Source of the DNA: a virus
Lineage: Duplodnaviria > Caudoviricetes
Strand: one strand, 5' to 3'
Length of the DNA stretch: 64,000 bases
IMG/VR virus record: IMGVR_UViG_3300036770_007283
The notes under the pieces were generated by a model. That model was not told where the DNA came from. It saw nothing but the letters and a program-made list of their open reading frames with translations, and searched no databases. The translations under genes were made by a program, and so were the position numbers. Shown here piece by piece: positions 57,518 to 64,000 of the stretch (its first letter is position 1; every line of letters begins with the position of its first letter).

Positions 57518-58396
57518 CTAATAAATTTTGGATTGTGTTCTATGTTCAATCCATCTAAATACAAAGCTGTTGGGTGGGCCAGCGGTAGCAGTTAGGTTTA
57601 AGCCCTTACCCTCTATCTTCTGCGTTGATCTAATCCAGCGATTATCCCTACTATCTCTATAATAAAAACTAATTTGACCAGTCGCCGGATTAATCATGTG
57701 CCTAACATAGTTAGATGTATTTAATTGGTTAATTTGTATATTTTGAAATTGAAATGGACTGACTGAATCCATTGTACCATGCGGTCGATTGATTATCTTT
57801 ACAACCTGATTTTCTTGCGATTCCTTGGTTGTTCCATCAATTATAATATAAAAAGCCTTGGGATCAAAATTTATATTGTTATTTGGAGTTGATATAGGCG
57901 GCTTTTGTGATGGGAACTTCTTAATCTCAAAGTTAACAAAGTCAAGTGTGGTATCGCCAGGAATATCTTCACCACGATTATTGGTAGTAGAACCCTTTAA
58001 GTCTAAGTCTTGAAAGGGAATCGAACTGGCTTGTGCGATATTACCATTGGCATCATAAGATAAGTGATCTACCGGAACACTATCTGGCGGAAGTAAATTG
58101 ATACCTTCTTGTTCCGTTAACCTAGTTCTGTCTAAAGCTGTTTGATCGGTAAACCAAGTCCGCTCCAAGATAGAAGTGTATTCTATACCTGATTTTGCAA
58201 ATGCCTTCAAAACAGTTGTTTTGCCCGTAGTTGGTAGCACAATTTTATCAACATAAATTGTAGAATCCTCTGTGGGGATTGAACCATCTAATGTATAAAA
58301 AATTGTTGCTGGCTTGTTAGCAGATAAATATACAAACTCTGGAAAGCCAGCAATCACCTGATCTTCACTTTCTTCTAAAAAAAGAACTATGGCCAT
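57518..58396 (-). CDS. Protein with an Fn3-associated/chitobiase-C-type Ig domain
   Basis: ATIFYTLDGSIPTEDSTIY..KI.L...TTVLKAFA motif near the N-terminus. Confidence 0.7.
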   Translation of the reverse strand: MAIVLFLEESEDQVIAGFPEFVYLSANKPATIFYTLDGSIPTEDSTIYVDKIVLPTTGKTTVLKAFAKSGIEYTSILERTWFTDQTALDRTRLTEQEGINLLPPDSVPVDHLSYDANGNIAQASSIPFQDLDLKGSTTNNRGEDIPGDTTLDFVNFEIKKFPSQKPPISTPNNNINFDPKAFYIIIDGTTKESQENQVVKIINRPHGTMDSVSPFQFQNIQINQLNTSNYVRHMINPATGQISFYYRDSRDNRWIRSTQKIEGKGLNLTATAGPPNSFVFRWIEHRTQSKIY

Positions 58397-58453
58397 ATCT
58401 CCCCCTGTTTTGATATAACAAACAATATAATTATTAGATTTATACTTGCAATA

Positions 58454-60559
58454 TCAGAGGGCGATATAATTAATGGAACTTTCGCCATTAACTTTTGTAA
58501 TATCTAAAATATTATTAAATCTTTCTTTTAAAGAATCGTTGTGTGTGATTACTAGAATCTTATACTTCTTTTCAAGTGCCTTAATCACATTTACAAAGAG
58601 TGACTCAGTACCCTGACGATCCAAAGGTGAGTTGATTTCGTCTAACAACAAGAACTCTAAGGAAGATCCTCCATGCCTACTTGAAATCTCACTCAAAGCG
58701 ATTCTAAGTGCCAATGAAATTCTAAACTTCTCCCCACCACTTAATGACTTAAAGTTTTGAACCACGCCTTCTTTTTTAACCCGTAGATCCAAAGTATCTA
58801 CAACAGAAACACCATCCGAACCAACCCGCTGTGTATCTAGGAAAATCTGGAATGGCTCATTGCAAATAGAGTTTAGAATTTCATTAGAAGTCTTTTCCAA
58901 GTCTTCAATTAATGCATTCAATAAAATAGTTTGAATTCCATTTTTCCCAAGCAACTTTACCATCTTTTCTAAGGTCGAAATTGATTTTTGTTTTTCTAGG
59001 AACTTCTTCTTAGTTTCTTCGCCTTCAGAGATTTTATTGCCAACATTAGAAATCTTTTCAGTTAAAACACCAATGTTGTGATTGTTCTTCTCAATAGACT
59101 TACTTAGTTCAGCCTTCTCCTCTTTTTTGTTCGCAATATTTTTCTGTAATTCTTTAAAGCTATCATCCTTTAAAGATTCTAAAATAGACTCATTGGCGGA
59201 AATTTCAGCAGTTAACTTTAACAACTCTTTTTCTAAATGTGAATTGTCAGTAGTTAATTCCAAAACTCTTTCTTCTGAAATCTTAGACTCAGCCTCCAAG
59301 GTCTTGATCTTAGATAAGTATACTTCCTTCTTTCTCTTGTTATTTTTTGCAACTTCTAAGTTTAGAATTTTTTCTTCAACTTCTTTGACCTTATTCTGAC
59401 AATAGATAAAGGTTGACTTATATTCATCTAGTTGCTTTTTCTGCTCATTAAGAAGGTGGTTGTATAATTCGTCATGAATAGCCTGTGAGCAAACATAGCA
59501 AGAATCTTTGGCAATCTTTCTTTCAGCGACGGCTTTCCCAAGTTGCTTAGAAATCTCCATCTTTGCCTTGTATTCAATTGCCTCTTGCGATAGGGCAGTC
59601 AGCCTTTCTTCTGCGTCTTCTATGATTATAAGCCCGTCAATCTTACTATTAAACTCTTTTGCCTCCTCCGCTTTGGTGGCTAAATTATCCTGATGCTTTT
59701 TTAGATTATCTTGGTTAGATTTAAATAGTCGATTTGCCTTGTCATAATCTTTTCTGATGCCCTCTAAAAGAGCTACCGTCTGGTCCCATTTTGCTGTATC
59801 TAGACTGGACTTTAGCTCCTGGTATCTTGTATTTAAGCTTTGCAAGACATGATCTAATTCGTCACGCGACTTAAGCTGTGCCTCTAGATTGGAAGATTCA
59901 TTATTTAAAAGTAAATTCAAAGATTCTAATTCTACAACGTTTTTATCATAATCCTCTATCTTAGATTCTAAAAGCTTTGACTCTGCCCTTAACTCTTTGA
60001 GAGAAAACTTGATTTTTTCCTCATACTCATCCCACTTAGAGATATCCATAATAGATTTTAAAATCTCTTTTTTTCTGGAAGCATCGGTTTCTGTAAACTC
60101 AGAAATGTCATTCTGACGGAAATAAGCCGAATTTATAAAAGTCTTATAATCGAACTTAATAGCTTTTACAATTTCATCATTGGTTAAGCTGGGTGTAGAA
60201 CCAGATATATCTACCCAATTATTATTAGCGTCTTGCTTTAAGAATTCAACGTTAGAAGTTGAACCAGAACGCTGACGCTTCCTTACTACACGATAAGTTT
60301 CACCACCATGTTTGAAAGTAAAGGTAACCCTGCAATTACTCTCACCCCAAAAAATTACATCATCCATAGAGGCAACTCTAGCTTTATTAAACAAACACCA
60401 TAAGATAGATTCAAAAACTGCGCTCTTACCAGAGCCATTGGAAATGTCATAATTACCTTCTACGTTTCCAATTAATAAGGCAGAATCAAATTGTGAAAAA
60501 TCAACGGTGCTGTCTCTGTGAGAAAAAAAGTTTTTAATCTCTAAACTAACTGGAACCAT
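58454..60559 (-). CDS. sbcC: SbcC/Rad50-like SMC ATPase
   Basis: Walker A NGSGKS, coiled coils around the zinc hook CYVC, signature LSGGEK, Walker B LLLDE, H-loop ITH. Confidence 0.93.
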   Translation of the reverse strand: MVPVSLEIKNFFSHRDSTVDFSQFDSALLIGNVEGNYDISNGSGKSAVFESILWCLFNKARVASMDDVIFWGESNCRVTFTFKHGGETYRVVRKRQRSGSTSNVEFLKQDANNNWVDISGSTPSLTNDEIVKAIKFDYKTFINSAYFRQNDISEFTETDASRKKEILKSIMDISKWDEYEEKIKFSLKELRAESKLLESKIEDYDKNVVELESLNLLLNNESSNLEAQLKSRDELDHVLQSLNTRYQELKSSLDTAKWDQTVALLEGIRKDYDKANRLFKSNQDNLKKHQDNLATKAEEAKEFNSKIDGLIIIEDAEERLTALSQEAIEYKAKMEISKQLGKAVAERKIAKDSCYVCSQAIHDELYNHLLNEQKKQLDEYKSTFIYCQNKVKEVEEKILNLEVAKNNKRKKEVYLSKIKTLEAESKISEERVLELTTDNSHLEKELLKLTAEISANESILESLKDDSFKELQKNIANKKEEKAELSKSIEKNNHNIGVLTEKISNVGNKISEGEETKKKFLEKQKSISTLEKMVKLLGKNGIQTILLNALIEDLEKTSNEILNSICNEPFQIFLDTQRVGSDGVSVVDTLDLRVKKEGVVQNFKSLSGGEKFRISLALRIALSEISSRHGGSSLEFLLLDEINSPLDRQGTESLFVNVIKALEKKYKILVITHNDSLKERFNNILDITKVNGESSINYIAL

Positions 60560-60568
60560 TGCAAACTC

Positions 60569-61732
60569 CTAAATCATAATCTTTTTGGCTTCAATTAAAA
60601 TCAGATTTTTTTCAGAAGGCTCTATGCTAGATTGATCATTTAAAAAAGCCTCAAACATAGTGTAATCATCTTTATGCTTGAGAATTGCTTCATCCCTTAC
60701 CATCCTGTTGAAAATAGGCTCTATGATAATTTTAGAGACATAGAAACAATCAAAGCTATAAGCTATTTTTTCTAATTCACTTTTCTTAATAAAAGAAGTC
60801 ATATTTTCTTTTATAATAACTTTTATCCTAATAATCTTATCTTTTATCTCATACTCTGAAACCTTTTTCTTAAAAACATCTAAGAAATTAACATGATCAG
60901 AGTCTTCCATATTTACAGATACTTCTAACAGTTGTCTAGATGGGCACTTTAAAACTTTAGTTTTTTTAGTGTTGGTATCATAATCAAAAAAGAACTTATC
61001 AATGTTTTCATCACCAAAGTTTAACTTTTCCATAGAGCCGGTATAAAGGGCAATCGGCTCTTTTCTTTTGATAATTTTAAACTGATGATAATGCCCCATA
61101 GCAACAAGATCACAACCAGAAAAAGCTTCTGGTCTAGCCAGCACTTCGGCACCACCATAATCTTGATAACTTCCGGTATGGAAAAAGTTATGACCAATTG
61201 CAATCCTTGGATTATCATCGCACTGGTCAATGAGTGCCTTAATTTCCTTTTCAAAAAGGATAGAATCTTCTTCTGTATTCTTGCCAAGATACATTCTTCT
61301 ATCACGGTATGGAATTAAAATCAGATTGGCCCCATCCTTACTTCTACTGTGAAACTTAATAACCTCAGGATTTAAGACCAATCTAACATTAGGATAATCT
61401 TTGGCTGCCAAGGATGAAATTGAGCTAGTAAAAGTATCACCCACTTTTCTATAATCATGGTTTCCCATAATAATTATAGAAGTGATATTTGCCATAGATA
61501 ATTTCTTAATCGCTTGATTTAGAACGTTCATATGCTCAGGTGCTGGTGTCCTTGAATCAAAGGCATCGCCAGTTTGCACAAAGGCATCCGCACCATTATT
61601 AATAGCATAATCTACAATATAATTAAGCGTTCTTTCATAATCTTCGATACGGGTATTCCCACCAGTCTTGGTAGAACGTCCTAAACCAAAAACTGCGCCA
61701 ATATGCGTATCACCACAAATAATAACTTTCAT
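60569..61732 (-). CDS. sbcD: SbcD/Mre11-like nuclease
   Basis: Metallophosphoesterase motifs DTHIG, GDAFD, GNHD, GHN and GHYH. Confidence 0.93.
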   Translation of the reverse strand: MKVIICGDTHIGAVFGLGRSTKTGGNTRIEDYERTLNYIVDYAINNGADAFVQTGDAFDSRTPAPEHMNVLNQAIKKLSMANITSIIIMGNHDYRKVGDTFTSSISSLAAKDYPNVRLVLNPEVIKFHSRSKDGANLILIPYRDRRMYLGKNTEEDSILFEKEIKALIDQCDDNPRIAIGHNFFHTGSYQDYGGAEVLARPEAFSGCDLVAMGHYHQFKIIKRKEPIALYTGSMEKLNFGDENIDKFFFDYDTNTKKTKVLKCPSRQLLEVSVNMEDSDHVNFLDVFKKKVSEYEIKDKIIRIKVIIKENMTSFIKKSELEKIAYSFDCFYVSKIIIEPIFNRMVRDEAILKHKDDYTMFEAFLNDQSSIEPSEKNLILIEAKKIMI

Positions 61733-62268
61733 CCGGCATACCTTTCTTCAATTATTGAAGTTATCTTGTTAAATAGTTTTTTGGCCATAACATCATCTTG
61801 TGGATCAATATCTAATATGTATTGATCTGTATATTTCATTAATTCAGAAATCCATTTTAAATCTTCTTTATGCTCTAACATGGTATTTCTAAATAGATGA
61901 GATATCTGTAATAATGTATAAAAATTATTAATTTCAATATTAAAACTTCTACTATTGGATGATGGTTCCACCCTATTTCTAAGAATAGAAACCGCCTCAC
62001 CAAAAGTAATACCAGTACATAGCATATAAAAATCTATGGAGTTAGAACTGGCACCACACCCAAAGCAATAAAAATTATTTCTAATGCTATCTATATAGAG
62101 GGAGCCAGTTCTTTCCCCACCGCTTTTATGATTTGCAGATGGGCATTTGCATCTTTTATTAAAGTTTCCAGAAGATACATCTTCGGTATCAATTCCAAAC
62201 TCCTGAGCAACATCTAAGATTAGAACGCCAGAAGTAATATCTTCTTTCGATATATATCCACTTTTCAT
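61729..62268 (-). CDS. Stand-alone DnaG-type CHC2 zinc-binding domain protein
   Basis: ILDVAQEFG...CPSANH..ERTGSLYI...FYCFGCGASSNSIDFYM...ITFGEAVSIL matches the DnaG ZBD consensus; no TOPRIM domain follows. Confidence 0.85.
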   Translation of the reverse strand: MKSGYISKEDITSGVLILDVAQEFGIDTEDVSSGNFNKRCKCPSANHKSGGERTGSLYIDSIRNNFYCFGCGASSNSIDFYMLCTGITFGEAVSILRNRVEPSSNSRSFNIEINNFYTLLQISHLFRNTMLEHKEDLKWISELMKYTDQYILDIDPQDDVMAKKLFNKITSIIEERYAG

Positions 62269-62292
62269 ACAATTCCTATTCAGATAGAGTGG

Positions 62293-62481
62293 TTACTTGT
62301 TAAGTTTTAAAATGTCTCTTAGCATCTGCCTTTGAGCACAAACAGCAATATATAATTTTTCATCTTTAATATTGATATTGTTAGTCTCAGCAAAATTTTC
62401 CATATCCCTAATGAAAGTGTTTAAAGACCTCAATCTAAGTAACATTTCTGATTTAAGGTCTTTGATTTCAAAGTCATCCAT
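62293..62481 (-). CDS. Small hypothetical protein
   Basis: 62-aa coupled ORF. Confidence 0.45.
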   Translation of the reverse strand: MDDFEIKDLKSEMLLRLRSLNTFIRDMENFAETNNINIKDEKLYIAVCAQRQMLRDILKLNK

Positions 62482-62861
62482 TATTGCTTTTCTTGTCTTC
62501 TAAGTTTCTTTTCAAGCTCCCTTACTTTAACCTCTAAGGTAAGGTTCTTGTCTTTTAAAGCAATGCTTGCGCGCAAGGCCAAGATAATCAACCCAAAGAC
62601 ACCTGCCCCTGGGTCATGTGAATCTAATTCGTCTGCGGCCACCATGAGCCTGTTGAATATAGAGATCGTATTCTTATCATACGCAGAAGTTCTGTTGTCT
62701 GGGTGAGTTTTATCTTCCAGCAAGGCCTTATATTCTTCCACCGCGCGTTCGTATTTTGCGAGCGGGGTTTCTGGTTTGTCGGAATTATGACGGTTTCGAT
62801 AGTTTGCAGATATCTTTGGCTTATCCTGATTACTTCTCTGTTGGTTTTCTTCTTCACTCAT
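62481..62861 (-). CDS. Hypothetical coiled-coil protein
   Basis: 126-aa coupled ORF with a GAGG RBS. Confidence 0.55.
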   Translation of the reverse strand: MSEEENQQRSNQDKPKISANYRNRHNSDKPETPLAKYERAVEEYKALLEDKTHPDNRTSAYDKNTISIFNRLMVAADELDSHDPGAGVFGLIILALRASIALKDKNLTLEVKVRELEKKLRRQEKQ

Positions 62862-63195
62862 AATTAAAGTCCTCTTTTAAAATTAAGGCAATCCAGATGC
62901 CACAATCCTTATGTATTCTAATAAATGATTGGATATTATTCAATATATTTTTATCATATGCGTTGTAATTTCTATAAAGAAGCGAAAGTGTATTCACACA
63001 TTTGTTATAATCATTAATTGGAGAATCAAAAAGTTCGCAAGCAGAATCAAAAAAGTTTAGCAAGGTATTGTATAAGTCTTCGGATATCTGTTCTAAATCT
63101 ATAATAGGATTTTGAACAGATTTACAAATAACAAACTCCCCATGTTTTAGTCCATTACACCCTAAAACAAGGTATGCCTTAAGGCGATTACCCAC
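62854..63195 (-). CDS. Hypothetical protein
   Basis: 113 aa; GTG start with a GGAG RBS. Confidence 0.55.
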   Translation of the reverse strand: MGNRLKAYLVLGCNGLKHGEFVICKSVQNPIIDLEQISEDLYNTLLNFFDSACELFDSPINDYNKCVNTLSLLYRNYNAYDKNILNNIQSFIRIHKDCGIWIALILKEDFNYE

Positions 63196-63224
63196 AAAAA
63201 CTCCAGCATGGATTTATAAAATTG

Positions 63225-64000
63225 TTATACGTATCTGACTAGGCTTGCTGTCATGGCGGCTACCCAACGAATATTGGTGGCTGCAATACCAGTTACATCC
63301 AGCCTCAAGCTGCCGTTAGTGGTATCTGCGGATACTGCTGCCGTTATACCAACCAATGCAGGGTCAGAATCCACTGTCACAACTGGTGTGCCAACTATAC
63401 TGGTAGTCCCAACTAAGTTGGCCCTCTTTATTATACCAGATATAGTTATTCCGCCCGAATTATATGTAGATGACATGGCGGAAACTTCTATCGTAAATTT
63501 TAAGGTGGTATAGCTTAATAAAGTATATTGTTCAGAAACATTATTTAAAAAGATTTGTGTTGCAGCACCGCTATTTGTTTGGCCAAACCAAGTTGCCACT
63601 ACACGCTGTGCAGTTCCCCCAACAAATCCTGGATATGGGTTAAAACTTCCAGAAGATTGTGCTGATTCGGCAAAGTTTCTTGCCACGCCAGAACTACCAC
63701 CAGCTATGGAACTATAAGTTCCAGAGGCTTCATTAGATTGTCCACCACCCACGAAGGAAATAATCCCAGAAGCTGTATTATCATTACCACCAGCTATTGT
63801 TGCATAGTTTCCAGTTACATTATTTCCCGAACCACCCCCAACTGTAGCTATAATTCCGGAAGCTTGATTATTGCTACCACCAGCTATAGTAGATGCAGAA
63901 CCGGTGGCTGTATGACCAACGCCACCACCAATAAAAGAAGAATCACCATATGCCTTATTTAGTAACCCACCAGATACTACTGCATATTGTACAGTGGCCT
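63225..64000 (-). CDS. Tail-fibre/adhesin-like protein, C-terminal part (starts beyond the right edge)
   Basis: The frame is open from the window edge (ATVQYAVVSGGLLNKAYG...). The track start at 63752 is internal. Gly-rich 15-aa repeats are followed by a beta-rich C-terminal domain. Confidence 0.7.
   Translation of the reverse strand, partial: ATVQYAVVSGGLLNKAYGDSSFIGGGVGHTATGSASTIAGGSNNQASGIIATVGGGSGNNVTGNYATIAGGNDNTASGIISFVGGGQSNEASGTYSSIAGGSSGVARNFAESAQSSGSFNPYPGFVGGTAQRVVATWFGQTNSGAATQIFLNNVSEQYTLLSYTTLKFTIEVSAMSSTYNSGGITISGIIKRANLVGTTSIVGTPVVTVDSDPALVGITAAVSADTTNGSLRLDVTGIAATNIRWVAAMTASLVRYV
63690..63959 (-). repeat. Six tandem 15-aa (45-bp) Gly-rich protein repeats
   Basis: NKAYGDSSFIGGGVG / HTATGSASTIAGGSN / NQASGIIATVGGGSG / NNVTGNYATIAGGND / NTASGIISFVGGGQS / NEASGTYSSIAGGSS. 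Confidence 0.85.

Noticed and set aside
3235-58445. Recurring (C/G)TAATA-like words upstream of several genes as a late-promoter motif
   Set aside because: Instances are variable and expected by chance at this AT content. It needs motif statistics and TSS data.
60-63962. Plus-strand and nested alternate-frame ORFs in the track (for example 2455..2787, 11500..11949, 28513..29019, 32236..32676, 49183..49593)
   Set aside because: They lie antisense to or inside well-supported minus-strand genes and have Ser/Leu/Phe-rich shadow composition with no motifs.
1-64000. tRNA or rRNA genes to accompany the CCA-type enzyme
   Set aside because: Intergenic gaps are short and AT-rich; no cloverleaf or TTCGA T-loop context was found by eye. 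A tRNAscan run would be needed to exclude them fully.
1-64000. Stop-codon reassignment, seen in some large phages
   Set aside because: Conserved genes are intact under the standard code, and genes end cleanly on TAG (for example 22691, 38753) and TGA (40991, 42265).

Overview
This window is a 64-kb piece of a large, AT-rich, tailed dsDNA phage genome (jumbo-phage-like). It uses the standard genetic code, and every credible gene lies on the minus strand. In transcription order (64000 to 1) it carries: the end of a Gly-rich 15-aa-repeat fibre/adhesin gene; a replication and repair block (stand-alone CHC2 zinc domain, SbcD/SbcC, a RecB/Cas4-like nuclease, a sigma-70 factor, a 2675-aa orphan, DnaE, SSB, RuvC-like resolvase, GroEL-like chaperonin, RecA, and a DnaG lacking its zinc domain); and a head-morphogenesis block (candidate TerS, many unknown virion-type proteins, a CCA/poly(A)-type nucleotidyltransferase, an intein-containing TerL, portal, a DUF192 fusion, a protease-scaffold fusion, two paralogous decoration-type proteins and the major capsid protein). 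The most striking feature is a fractured dnaE. Its halves carry the N- and C-fragments of a naturally split Ser1/Ser+1 intein, inserted at FNR|SHS rather than at the cyanobacterial site. They are separated by 4675 bp of cargo (TnpB, a leaderless TadG-like pilin, a DNA methyltransferase, three small ORFs). A second pattern is a recurrent K-x-A/S motif across the head-cluster proteins, which looks like a prohead-protease processing signature. I found no tRNA, rRNA or CRISPR array. All family calls come from reading motifs by eye; no database searches were run.
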